NCBI GenBank assembly: GCA_902624515.1
Contig: CACNYE010000001.1
Coordinates: 2,055 to 66,054, forward strand
Length of the DNA stretch: 64,000 nucleotides
Source: an uncultured Pelagibacteraceae bacterium
GTDB taxonomy: Bacteria > Pseudomonadota > Alphaproteobacteria > Pelagibacterales > Pelagibacteraceae
Direction: 5' to 3'
The notes under the pieces are model-generated. The model saw nothing but the letters and a program-made list of their open reading frames with translations, was not told the origin of the DNA and did not search any database. Numbering within the stretch: position 1 is the first letter of the stretch; every line of letters begins with the position of its first letter. Of the stretch, positions 16,818-26,128 are shown one piece after another. The position numbers and the translations under genes were made by a program.

Positions 16818-17364
16818 GCATTTTATATTTATTAATTAAACCTATTTGAAATGCTGTAAAAATAAAAGTTATTGGTAATAATCCCCAAACTTTAAAATTA
16901 ACCCAAAATTCCTCTGATTGAGTTCGCCAAACTAATTCATTTAAAATTGCCAAACCAAAAAAGAAATATATCCATCTTTTGTTTAATATTTCCCAACCTT
17001 CATTAGTTAATGCAATTGATTTTCCCATTAATTTTTTTAACACTGGTTCTTGACTAAAAAATTTCCCAAATATCAAAGCCAAACCAAATAAAATATTTAT
17101 TATTGTTGGTTTAATATAAATAAATATTGGATTATTAAAATAAATTGTCAAACCTCCAAAAAAAGCAATTAGCAAACCACTTAATAATGGAATTTTAGGT
17201 ATTTTTTTTTCCAAAAACCATACTACAGTTAATGCTATAATTGTCGCAATTATTAGAGGTGGAATTGCAATTTTCAAATCCTTTCCACTATCGTAGTAGT
17301 AGTAAAAAAAAATTACGAGTGGTCCGAAATCAGTAAGAAACTTTAAAAATGATCTATTCACCAT
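16810..17364 (-). CDS. ispZ: Inner-membrane septation protein A (IspZ/YciB)
   Basis: Motifs DFGPLVIFF, FGGLT....FIYIKPTI, LNELVWR.....WVNFKVWG. Confidence 0.9.
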   Translation of the reverse strand: MVNRSFLKFLTDFGPLVIFFYYYYDSGKDLKIAIPPLIIATIIALTVVWFLEKKIPKIPLLSGLLIAFFGGLTIYFNNPIFIYIKPTIINILFGLALIFGKFFSQEPVLKKLMGKSIALTNEGWEILNKRWIYFFFGLAILNELVWRTQSEEFWVNFKVWGLLPITFIFTAFQIGLINKYKMHE

Positions 17365-17412
17365 AAGATATTAACATAAATAATATTTATACAAAAATTT
17401 AAAATTTTTATT

Positions 17413-17441
17413 ATTGATTTTTTTTTTTAAATACCCATACT
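17413..17441 (+). promoter_or_regulatory. Putative RpoH (sigma32)-type promoter of hspQ
   Basis: TTG (17414) - 17 nt - CCCATACT (17434-17441), just upstream of the heat-shock gene start at 17449. Confidence 0.5.
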
Positions 17442-17448
17442 AAACATA

Positions 17449-17769
17449 ATGGCAATTCAAAAAGCTAAATTTTCAATTGGTGACATTGTGAAACATAAAC
17501 ACTTTCAGTTCAGAGGTGTAATTTATGATGTTGATTTTGAATTTAATAACTCTGAAGAATGGTATCAATCTATTCCTAAAAATGTTAGACCTAGAAAAGA
17601 TCAACCATTTTATCACTTACTGGCCGAAAATGATGAAATTACCTATGAGGCCTACGTTTCAGAACAAAACTTATTATTTGATGATTCTGATGAGCCTATA
17701 AAACACCCTCTTATTGAAGAAATATTTTCAGGAAAAAAAGGCTCGACTTATTTTAAGCAATCTAATTAA
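17449..17769 (+). CDS. hspQ: Heat shock protein HspQ (YccV-like)
   Basis: AKFSIGDIVKH..F.FRGVI.DVD.EF...EEWY..IP...RP.KDQPFYHLLAEN...AYVSEQNL. Confidence 0.92.
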   Translation: MAIQKAKFSIGDIVKHKHFQFRGVIYDVDFEFNNSEEWYQSIPKNVRPRKDQPFYHLLAENDEITYEAYVSEQNLLFDDSDEPIKHPLIEEIFSGKKGSTYFKQSN

Positions 17770-17799
17770 AAAAATCACTTTTTAAACACATTTGGTTCA

Positions 17800-17905
17800 A
17801 ATCTTAGACACACCTAAGTGGTACTTAAATAAATACTGATCAAGGATGTAAAAAATTTACCCTTCGTTATTATCTCCCTCTGCATTCTTGATCAGCTAAT
17901 TTTTC
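17800..17905 (+). ncRNA. Candidate structured small RNA or hspQ 3'-UTR element
   Basis: 15-bp stem CTGATCAAGGATGTA (17836-17850) / TGCATTCTTGATCAG (17881-17895) with two G-U pairs that form only on the + strand; 30-nt loop containing CCCTTC and TCTCCCTC. Confidence 0.45.
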
Positions 17906-17930
17906 ACATTAATTTTCTATAAATTATAAT
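17903..17930 (+). promoter_or_regulatory. Putative sigma70 promoter of the ccm operon
   Basis: TTCACA (17903-17908) - 16 bp - TATAAT (17925-17930), upstream of ATG 17951. Confidence 0.4.
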
Positions 17931-17950
17931 TAAAATATAGATAATATTGT

Positions 17951-18658
17951 ATGTATAAATTTTTTGAACCTAATAAAATTTTTTCAATCACTTCAAGAGC
18001 ACCAAAGTATATATTAATTTTATTTGTTATTGTTCTAACCATAGGTCTGATTGAATCACTAATACTATCGCCCGAGGATTATAAACAGGGTCATTCAGTT
18101 AGAATCATGTATGTTCATGTGCCAGCTGCATGGACAACACTTGGAATTTTTTCAACTATTACTTTACTATCAATTTTTGGGTATATTTTTAAATTAAAAA
18201 ACTTTTTTTTAATTTCTAAAAGTTTAGCACCCTCAGGATTTATTTTTAATTTAATTGCATTAGTAACAGGCTCTATTTGGGGAAAACCAACCTGGGGAAC
18301 TTGGTGGGCTTGGGATGCTAGAATAACTTCTATGTTAATTTTAGCATTGTTTTATTTAATATATCTCCTTGCTTGGAGAATTTATGAAAATAAAGAACAA
18401 GTTTATAAAATTACTTCCATTATAACAATTTTTGGTATTATAAATGTTCCAATAATAAAATACTCTGTTGATTGGTGGAATACACTTCACCAACCAGCTT
18501 CGATTAACATTTTGTCAAAATCATCAATACATTCATCAATGCTATTTCCATTAATCATAATGACTGCGGCATTTGCACTATTTTCGTTGTTAATTTTTTT
18601 GATGAAATATAATACAGAACTGATAAAAATTAAAAATAAAGGCCTAGATAGATTATGA
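17951..18658 (+). CDS. ccmC: Heme exporter/delivery protein CcmC
   Basis: Motifs RIMYVHVP, WWD motif WGKPTWGTWWAWDARITS, SVDWWNTLHQ. Confidence 0.95.
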   Translation: MYKFFEPNKIFSITSRAPKYILILFVIVLTIGLIESLILSPEDYKQGHSVRIMYVHVPAAWTTLGIFSTITLLSIFGYIFKLKNFFLISKSLAPSGFIFNLIALVTGSIWGKPTWGTWWAWDARITSMLILALFYLIYLLAWRIYENKEQVYKITSIITIFGIINVPIIKYSVDWWNTLHQPASINILSKSSIHSSMLFPLIIMTAAFALFSLLIFLMKYNTELIKIKNKGLDRL

Positions 18659-18882
18659 TTAACGAATTATTATCAATGAATGGATACGGACTTTATGTTT
18701 GGTCTTCGTTTGCATTTACTCTTTTATGTTTTACATCGCTTTATGTAGTAATAAAAATACAGTACACAAAAGAGAAGAATAAATTTATTATCAAGTTTGG
18801 AACTTTAAATTCGGAGAAAGCATCATTTGCTAAATCTCAAGGTACTATTAAAGAGATACTATCTAATACTTCAAACATTTAA
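18655..18882 (+). CDS. ccmD: Heme exporter protein CcmD
   Basis: M.GYGLYVWSSF single-TM protein between ccmC and ccmE. Confidence 0.85.
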   Translation: MINELLSMNGYGLYVWSSFAFTLLCFTSLYVVIKIQYTKEKNKFIIKFGTLNSEKASFAKSQGTIKEILSNTSNI

Positions 18883-18893
18883 TTTTTTAAACC

Positions 18894-19313
18894 ATGTATG
18901 GTAAAAAAGTTAAGTTAAGATTTTTTTTTATTGTTTTAATTTTAACGATTTTAGCACTATCTATTTATCTTGTTTTAAAATCACTTGAAGAGAATGTTGT
19001 ATATTTTCAATCACCATCAGAAATTAAAAATGTTGCTGAATTTAAGGAAACAAAAATAAGAATAGGTGGCATGGTTAAAAAAAATTCAGTATCAATTAAT
19101 ATGAATGAGATTAATTTTATAATAACAGACTTTAAAAACGAAATAAATGTAATTTATTCTGGAGCAGTCCCAAATCTTTTTGAGGAAGGAAAAGGGGTTG
19201 TCGCTGAAGGATTTTTGAAAGATAGAAATTTTTTTATGGCGTCTAAGATTTTAGCAAAGCACGATGAAAACTATATGCCACCTGAAGTAAAAGCTGCATT
19301 AGAGGAGAAATAA
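18894..19313 (+). CDS. ccmE: Heme chaperone CcmE
   Basis: Motifs [21 protein letters not shown], heme-binding [11 protein letters not shown]. Confidence 0.96.
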   Translation: MYGKKVKLRFFFIVLILTILALSIYLVLKSLEENVVYFQSPSEIKNVAEFKETKIRIGGMVKKNSVSINMNEINFIITDFKNEINVIYSGAVPNLFEEGKGVVAEGFLKDRNFFMASKILAKHDENYMPPEVKAALEEK

Positions 19314-19316
19314 ATT

Positions 19317-21194
19317 TTGCCCAGTTTAATAGGATTTTATTCATTGGCCTTTGGGTCTAGTTTATCTTTTTTAATAATTTTTTTTTCTATTAAAAATTTT
19401 AGAAATTCAAAAATATTTGATAAGAGAATTATTTTTTTTAGTTTACTCCAATTATTATTAGTTTTTATAAGTTTTTTTGGATTGATTATTTCTTTTATAA
19501 ATTCTGATTTTAGTAATGAAACTGTTTTTAACCATTCTCATACTACAAAACCATTATTCTATAAAATTTCAGGAACTTGGGGAAATCATGAGGGAAGTTT
19601 GTTGCTTTGGTTATTTGTGCTAACATTATTTATTTTTTTATTTATTATTAAATCTCAAAGACAACCTACTCAATACAGGATATTAACTATATTATTCCAA
19701 CAAGTAATAATAGTTGGTTTTTTTGTTTTTTTATTAAAGTCTTCAAGTCCATTTAGTTATATATTTCCTGTTCCAAAAGAAGGCTTAGGTTTAAATCCAA
19801 TATTACAAGACCCAGCTCTAGCGATTCACCCACCAATTTTATATTTAGGATATGTAGGTTCTTCAATAATTTTTTCATCAGCACTTTCTGCTACATGTTT
19901 GAATTATATATCAAAAGAATGGGCTTCTCATATTAAACAGTGGGTTTTAATTTCTTGGATTTTTTTAACTCTTGGAATTCTATTAGGATCCATTTGGGCA
20001 TATTACGAATTAGGTTGGGGTGGATTTTGGTTTTGGGATCCAGTTGAGAATGTTTCATTGATGCCATGGCTTGCTTTAACAACGTTAGTTCATTGTATAT
20101 TAGCTTTAGAAAAGAGATTTATTTTAACTTCCTGGGTGGTTGTTTTATCTATTTCTACTTTTACTTTAAGTATGTGTGGTACTTTTTTGGTAAGATCAGG
20201 AATTTTAAATTCAGTGCACACATTTGCAAATGATCCTGAAAGAGGTTTGTTTATTTTAATTTTTTTATTTTCGCTAATTTTCTTAGCTTTATTTGTTTTC
20301 TTTTTTTTTCATAAAGAAAATCGTAAAATTGATAGCTCTATATTTTTAGTTAGTAAAGAAACATCAATCATAATTAATAATTGGTTTATGATGTATTTTC
20401 TTTCAGTAATTTTGATTGGAACAGTTTATCCAATATTTTTGGAGGTAATTTCATCTGAAAAAATTTCTGTAGGTCCACCCTTTTACAATAACTTAATTGC
20501 CCCCTTTTTAATTCCATTTATGTTAGCGATGACTCTTGGACCAAAATTAAAGTGGATAAAATCAGATATTAAAGACAAAATATATTTATTTACATTTTTT
20601 TTAATTTCACTTTTATTATCAATATTAATAATCAAAAATTTAGAAATAAATTTCCTTTTAAATACATTGCTAGTAGGTTTTGCTTTTTACTTATTTTTTA
20701 TAACTCTTAGAGATTTTTTTGTTATGAAGTATAAAAATTTATCTCAAATAATTGCTCATTTTGGCTTTAGTTTATTTATCTTAAGTATCTTATTTAATAA
20801 CATTTTTACAACAGAAATAATTACAAATTTAAAAGTTGGTGAAACTTATACTTCAGAAAAGTTTAATATTAAATTTGAGAATCTAAATCAAAAACAAGGG
20901 CAAAACTTCAAATCAATTGTTGGTAGATTTACTATTGTAAATTCTAAAGGAAAAGTTGAAACTTTGGAACCAGAGTTAAGGATTTATAATCAACCAAATA
21001 TAACAACTAGTGAAGCTGATATAAGAACAAATTTATTATCAGACAGATTTATTACGATGAATACAGTTCAAAACAAGGATTATTTCAATATAAGATATCA
21101 GATAAAACCTTTTATGATTTGGATTTGGTTATCAATATTATTGATTGCTACAAGTGGTTTCCTAAGTTTATTAAAAAAAAAATATGAAAATTAA
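19317..21194 (+). CDS. ccmF: Cytochrome c heme lyase CcmF
   Basis: Motifs WGNHEGSLLLW, GLNPILQDP.LAIHPP, WAYYELGWGGFWFWDPVEN, SVHTFA.DP; TTG start. Confidence 0.95.
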   Translation: MPSLIGFYSLAFGSSLSFLIIFFSIKNFRNSKIFDKRIIFFSLLQLLLVFISFFGLIISFINSDFSNETVFNHSHTTKPLFYKISGTWGNHEGSLLLWLFVLTLFIFLFIIKSQRQPTQYRILTILFQQVIIVGFFVFLLKSSSPFSYIFPVPKEGLGLNPILQDPALAIHPPILYLGYVGSSIIFSSALSATCLNYISKEWASHIKQWVLISWIFLTLGILLGSIWAYYELGWGGFWFWDPVENVSLMPWLALTTLVHCILALEKRFILTSWVVVLSISTFTLSMCGTFLVRSGILNSVHTFANDPERGLFILIFLFSLIFLALFVFFFFHKENRKIDSSIFLVSKETSIIINNWFMMYFLSVILIGTVYPIFLEVISSEKISVGPPFYNNLIAPFLIPFMLAMTLGPKLKWIKSDIKDKIYLFTFFLISLLLSILIIKNLEINFLLNTLLVGFAFYLFFITLRDFFVMKYKNLSQIIAHFGFSLFILSILFNNIFTTEIITNLKVGETYTSEKFNIKFENLNQKQGQNFKSIVGRFTIVNSKGKVETLEPELRIYNQPNITTSEADIRTNLLSDRFITMNTVQNKDYFNIRYQIKPFMIWIWLSILLIATSGFLSLLKKKYEN

Positions 21195-21702
21195 GTCGGT
21201 ACCATTAATTGTTATTTTATTATTTATAACTTTTTTTATTATTTTTTTTAAGGGATTAAAAAATTCAAATATTTATGTACCAAATATTAATTATGAAAAA
21301 GAAATTCCTTCATTCACTACTCAGTTTTTTGATACAAATATTAAAATTAATTCAGATGAAATTTTTAAGGAAGATTATTATTATTTGATGAATATATGGT
21401 CTTCTTGGTGTTTACCATGTAGAGAAGAACATCGTTTTTTAATGGAATTGAGTAAGGAGAAAAATTTGAAAATTATTGGTTTTAATTACAAAGATAATAT
21501 TAAAGATGCAAAACAATTTTTAAACAACCTTAAAAATCCTTATTCAAATATTTTTTTAGATAAAGATGGATTGATTGCTATTGAATGGGGTGCATATGGA
21601 GTGCCCGAGTCTTTTTTAATATACAATAAAAAGATTATAAAAAAAGTCATTGGTCCTCTCAATACTAATTTTGTGGATGAAATTAAAAGATTGATTAAAT
21701 GA
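21184..21702 (+). CDS. ccmG: Thiol-disulfide oxidoreductase CcmG/DsbE
   Basis: Motifs NIWSSWCLPCREEH, NYKD, WGAYGVPES. Confidence 0.92.
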   Translation: MKIKSVPLIVILLFITFFIIFFKGLKNSNIYVPNINYEKEIPSFTTQFFDTNIKINSDEIFKEDYYYLMNIWSSWCLPCREEHRFLMELSKEKNLKIIGFNYKDNIKDAKQFLNNLKNPYSNIFLDKDGLIAIEWGAYGVPESFLIYNKKIIKKVIGPLNTNFVDEIKRLIK

Positions 21703-22073
21703 AATATTTAAGATTTTTTACAATTATATTATTTATATTGGTATCTCAGATTTCTTATGCATTAGAAAACAATTTAGAGATTAAGATTACAAAAAATTTA
21801 AGATGCTTAATTTGTCAAGGGCAATCTGTTCATGACTCTGACTCAGAATTTGCAAATAGTATTAAAACTTTAGTTTCATTAAAGTTAGATGAAGGTTTTA
21901 CAGAAAAAGAAATTTATAGTTTTTTAAAAGATAAATATGGAGAATGGATTTTATATAATCCAGAGTTCAATAAAAATACCTATTTTCTTTGGTTATTACC
22001 TATCTTGATGTTCTTACTTGGTGGTGCAATAATATATAAATTATTTATTTTTAAAAAAAAAAAACTATATTAA
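21699..22073 (+). CDS. ccmH: Cytochrome c biogenesis protein CcmH (short CycL type)
   Basis: Motifs LRCLICQGQSV.DS, YGEWILY.P, LWLLP. Confidence 0.92.
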   Translation: MKYLRFFTIILFILVSQISYALENNLEIKITKNLRCLICQGQSVHDSDSEFANSIKTLVSLKLDEGFTEKEIYSFLKDKYGEWILYNPEFNKNTYFLWLLPILMFLLGGAIIYKLFIFKKKKLY

Positions 22074-22077
22074 CGGC

Positions 22078-22587
22078 ATGAAAATAAAAAGCATATATGT
22101 ATTGTTAACCTGTATTTTACTAAATATTTCAGTTGTAGCTGATGAAAAAACTTTAGAAAACAATACGGAGCTAAGTTTTTATACAGGTATGTTTGATTTC
22201 AGTGATGATGGAAAAAAATCAAGTTTAATTGGATTTCAGCATCAAAATGAAAATTTGAATAGAGATATTTTTTTAGGAAATATATCACCAATTACTGGAG
22301 CAATGATTACTGCTGATAATGCAACATATTTTTATACAGGTGTTCAAGCTCAATATAAGATAGGTGTTTTAAATTTTACCCCGAGTTTTACACCAGGTTA
22401 TTACAATGAGGGTGATGGAAAAGATCTTGGACATGCATTAGAATTTAAAAGTGAAATTCAATTGTCATTAGAGCTTCCAAAAGATAGTCAACTTGGTTTT
22501 TCGTATAATCATCTGTCTAATGCTAGTTTAGGAGATAAAAATCCTGGGGCAAATAGTTATATGTTTAATTTTTTCAAAAAATTCTAA
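22078..22587 (+). CDS. PagL-like outer-membrane acyloxyacyl hydrolase (lipid A deacylase family)
   Basis: Signal peptide, beta-strand pattern, KDLG..LEFKS and H.SNA.L...NPG.N catalytic motif, C-terminal Phe. Confidence 0.8.
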   Translation: MKIKSIYVLLTCILLNISVVADEKTLENNTELSFYTGMFDFSDDGKKSSLIGFQHQNENLNRDIFLGNISPITGAMITADNATYFYTGVQAQYKIGVLNFTPSFTPGYYNEGDGKDLGHALEFKSEIQLSLELPKDSQLGFSYNHLSNASLGDKNPGANSYMFNFFKKF

Positions 22588-22597
22588 TATAACTTTC

Positions 22598-23749
22598 ATG
22601 AGATTAAAAGATTGCCATAATTTTGCTGATTTTAGAAAACTGGCCGAAAAAAAGTTACCATCTCCAATTTTTCATTATATAGATGGAGCGGCAGATGATG
22701 AAATTACTTATGCAAGAAACACAAGCGCTTTTGATGATGTTGATTTAGTTCCAAATGTTTTAAGAGGTGTTGAGAATGTTGATTTATCAACTACAATATT
22801 TGGTAAGAAATTAGACTTGCCTTTTTATCTTTCACCCACAGCATTACAAAGATTATTTCATTACGATGGAGAAAGAGCTGTTGGAAAAGCTGCCAAAAAA
22901 TTTAATACAATGTTTGGCGTATCCGCTTTAGCTACAGTTAGTGTAGAGGAAATATCATCTTTGATTGATACACCTAAAATGTTCCAATTTTATTTTCATA
23001 AAGATAGAGGCCTAAACGATTCTTGTTTGGAACGAGCTAAAGAAGCTAAATTTGATGTAATGGCCTTAACAGTTGATACTATTACTGGAGGAAATCGTGA
23101 AAGGGATTTAAGAACTGGTTTTACCTCTCCTCCAAGATTAACATTATCAAGTTTATTTAGTTTTGCAATTAAACCAATGTGGGGAATAAACTATTTAACC
23201 AAAGGTAAATTTGAATTACCTCATCTTCAAGATTTTGTTAAAGAAGGTACAAGCACAAACTCTTCTATTGGAAATTATTTTTCTACTATGTTGGATCAAT
23301 CTATGAATTGGAAAGATGCTGAAAAACTTTGTTCTCAATGGGGAGGTCATTTTGCACTTAAAGGTATAATGAGTGTAGAGGATGCAAAGAAAGCAGTCGA
23401 TATAGGTTGTACTGGAATAATGGTTTCAAATCATGGTGGACGCCAATTAGATGGATCAAGATCACCTTTTGATCAGCTAGCAGAAATCGTTGATGCTGTG
23501 GGAGATAAACTTGATGTGATATGTGAAGGAGGAATCCATAGAGGAACTCATATGCTTAAAGCATTATCACTTGGTGCTAAGGCATGCTCAGGTGGAAGAC
23601 TTTATCTCTATGCTCTAGCAGCAGCAGGTCAACCAGGTGTTGAAAGAGCTCTTGAGTTATACAAATCAGAATTGATTAGAGATATGAAATTGATGGGATG
23701 TACAAAAATTTCAGATCTTAACAGAAATAATTTAAGATTTAGAAGATAG
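22598..23749 (+). CDS. FMN-dependent alpha-hydroxy-acid oxidase/dehydrogenase (LldD-like), paralog 1
   Basis: Motifs FHYIDGAA, LTVDT..GNRERD, LKGI, SNHGGRQLDG. Confidence 0.9.
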   Translation: MRLKDCHNFADFRKLAEKKLPSPIFHYIDGAADDEITYARNTSAFDDVDLVPNVLRGVENVDLSTTIFGKKLDLPFYLSPTALQRLFHYDGERAVGKAAKKFNTMFGVSALATVSVEEISSLIDTPKMFQFYFHKDRGLNDSCLERAKEAKFDVMALTVDTITGGNRERDLRTGFTSPPRLTLSSLFSFAIKPMWGINYLTKGKFELPHLQDFVKEGTSTNSSIGNYFSTMLDQSMNWKDAEKLCSQWGGHFALKGIMSVEDAKKAVDIGCTGIMVSNHGGRQLDGSRSPFDQLAEIVDAVGDKLDVICEGGIHRGTHMLKALSLGAKACSGGRLYLYALAAAGQPGVERALELYKSELIRDMKLMGCTKISDLNRNNLRFRR

Positions 23750-24906
23750 TGAGTTTAAAGAATTGCTATAATTTCGAAGACTTTAGAAAAATTGCAAAAA
23801 AAAAATTACCATCTCCAATATTTCATTATATTGATGGTGGTGCAGATGATGAAATAACCCTTAAAAGAAATACAAAATCTTTTGATGATTGCGATTTAGT
23901 TCCAAATATTTTAGCAAGTGTTGGTAAACCAGATTTATCAACAACTATTTTTGGAAAAAAAATTGATATGCCAATTTTTTTATCACCATGTGCTATGCAA
24001 AGACTATATCACCATGAGGGTGACAAAGCCTCAGCTAGAGCAGCTGATAAATTTGGAACATTTTATAGCATGTCTACAATGGCAAATAATACTATAGAAG
24101 AGATTTCGAATATTTCTGGTGGTCCAAAACTATTTCAACTTTATGTACACAAAGATCAATCTATAACAGATGATTTGATTGATCGTTGTAGGAGATCAGG
24201 TTTTGATGGAATGTGCTTGACAGTTGATACCTTAGTAGCTGGTAATAGAGAAAGAGATCATAGAACAGGGTTTACAACCCCTCCAAAATTGACTTTGCAA
24301 AGCTTAATGAGTTTTGCTCTTCATCCTAAATGGGTATTTAATTATCTCACTCACGGAAAATTTAAATTAGCAAATGTTGCCTCAAAAACAGATAAGGGCA
24401 CTAATATTGCAAAATCAGTTATCGATTATATTAATGAACAATATGATCCAAAAATGAACTGGAAGGATGCAGAATATTGTGTAAAGAAATGGAATGGGCC
24501 TTTTGCACTTAAAGGTGTTATGTCTGTCGAGGACGCTAAAAGAGCAATAGATATTGGTTGCACTGCTATAATGATTTCAAACCATGGTGGAAGACAACTT
24601 GATGGATCAAGATCGCCATTTGACCAAGTAAAAGCAATTTCAGATGCAGTAGGAGATAAATTGGAGATTATTTTAGATGGAGGTATAAGAAGAGGAACAC
24701 ATGTACTAAAAGCAATTGCAGCGGGTGCTAAAGCATGTAGTTTTGGTAAAATGTTTTTGTTCTCTTTAGCCGCAGGGGGACAACAAGGTGTTGAACATCT
24801 ACTTAAAAATATGCACGATGAAATATATAGAAATATGGTTTTAATGGGGTGTAAAAATTTAAAAGAGTTGAATAGTTCGAAATTAATTTATAGAAATAAC
24901 ACTTAA
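23749..24906 (+). CDS. FMN-dependent alpha-hydroxy-acid oxidase/dehydrogenase (LldD-like), paralog 2
   Basis: Motifs FHYIDGGA, FQLY, GNRERD, SNHGGRQLDG, DGGIRRG; GTG start overlaps the paralog 1 stop. Confidence 0.9.
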   Translation: MSLKNCYNFEDFRKIAKKKLPSPIFHYIDGGADDEITLKRNTKSFDDCDLVPNILASVGKPDLSTTIFGKKIDMPIFLSPCAMQRLYHHEGDKASARAADKFGTFYSMSTMANNTIEEISNISGGPKLFQLYVHKDQSITDDLIDRCRRSGFDGMCLTVDTLVAGNRERDHRTGFTTPPKLTLQSLMSFALHPKWVFNYLTHGKFKLANVASKTDKGTNIAKSVIDYINEQYDPKMNWKDAEYCVKKWNGPFALKGVMSVEDAKRAIDIGCTAIMISNHGGRQLDGSRSPFDQVKAISDAVGDKLEIILDGGIRRGTHVLKAIAAGAKACSFGKMFLFSLAAGGQQGVEHLLKNMHDEIYRNMVLMGCKNLKELNSSKLIYRNNT

Positions 24907-24922
24907 AATTAAAAATTTTATC

Positions 24923-26089
24923 ATGAAGCTTGCAAAAAATTTAAACAATTTAGGCACAGAGACAGCTTTCTCGGTTTTGGCTGAAGCGAAGGCATTAGAG
25001 GCTAAAGGAAATCCAATGATACATTTAGGTTTGGGCCAACCAGATTTTAAAACACCTAAACATGTTGTTGACGCTGCAAAAAAAGCTTTAGATGATGGAC
25101 ATCATGGATATGTTTTATCGAATGGGATTTTAGAGTGTAGGCAAGCAGTCACAAGATGGATCAAAAAAAGATATAATACTGAAGTTGATGCTGAAAGAAT
25201 TTTAATTATGCCAGGTGGCAAACCCACTATGAGTTATGCTATTCAATGCTTTGGAGAGCCGGGTGCAGAAATAATTCATCCAATACCTGCTTTTCCAATT
25301 TATGAGTCAATGATTAACTACACAGGATCAACTTCTGTACCTTATGACTTAACAGAAGATAAAGATTTAAAATTTAATCCTGAAAAAATATTGTCTTTAA
25401 TTACTGATAAGACAAGATTGTTAATATTAATAAATCCTAATAATCCTACAGGAAGTTTTGTAGAGAAATCAGATATTGATATATTAGCTGAAGGATTAAA
25501 AAAACATCCACATGTAACTATATTAAGTGATGAAATTTATAGTAGACAAATTTTTGATAATAAAGAGATGCCATCTTTTTTTAATTACCCAGAATTGAGA
25601 GAAAGATTAATTGTATTAGAAGGTTGGAGTAAAGCATATTCAATGACTGGGTGGAGATTGGGTTGGAGTTTTTGGCCAAAAGAATTAGTACCACATGTTA
25701 ATAAACTATTAATTAATAGTGTGTCCTGTGTTAATGCTGCTGCTCAATTTGCTGGCATTGCAGCTTTAGATGGTCCTGATGACTCAATTCATGAAATGAT
25801 GGAAAAATTTACAGCTAGAAGAAACTTAATCCATCAAGGTCTAAATGACCTACCTGGTGTAGAATGTAGTCTGCCTGGTGGAGCCTTTTACGCTTTTCCA
25901 AATATAAGTGGAACAGGAATGAATGGAAGTGAATTTTGCAAAAAAGCCATGCATGAAGCTGGTGTAGCAATAGTCCCCGGAACAGCTTTTGGTAAAACTT
26001 GTAATGATTATGTTAGATTTAGTTTTGCAGCATCTAGAGATAATATTTCTCAAGCATTAGAAAATATAAAGAAAATGCTAACTAAATAA
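24923..26089 (+). CDS. PLP-dependent class I/II aminotransferase (aspartate aminotransferase-like)
   Basis: Motifs LGLGQPDF, INPNNPTG, SDEIY, GWSKAYSMTGWRLG, GAFYAFP, VRFSFA. Confidence 0.92.
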   Translation: MKLAKNLNNLGTETAFSVLAEAKALEAKGNPMIHLGLGQPDFKTPKHVVDAAKKALDDGHHGYVLSNGILECRQAVTRWIKKRYNTEVDAERILIMPGGKPTMSYAIQCFGEPGAEIIHPIPAFPIYESMINYTGSTSVPYDLTEDKDLKFNPEKILSLITDKTRLLILINPNNPTGSFVEKSDIDILAEGLKKHPHVTILSDEIYSRQIFDNKEMPSFFNYPELRERLIVLEGWSKAYSMTGWRLGWSFWPKELVPHVNKLLINSVSCVNAAAQFAGIAALDGPDDSIHEMMEKFTARRNLIHQGLNDLPGVECSLPGGAFYAFPNISGTGMNGSEFCKKAMHEAGVAIVPGTAFGKTCNDYVRFSFAASRDNISQALENIKKMLTK

Positions 26090-26128
26090 GATGTATTTTT
26101 CTCTTAATCTTTATTAATATCTTTTATA

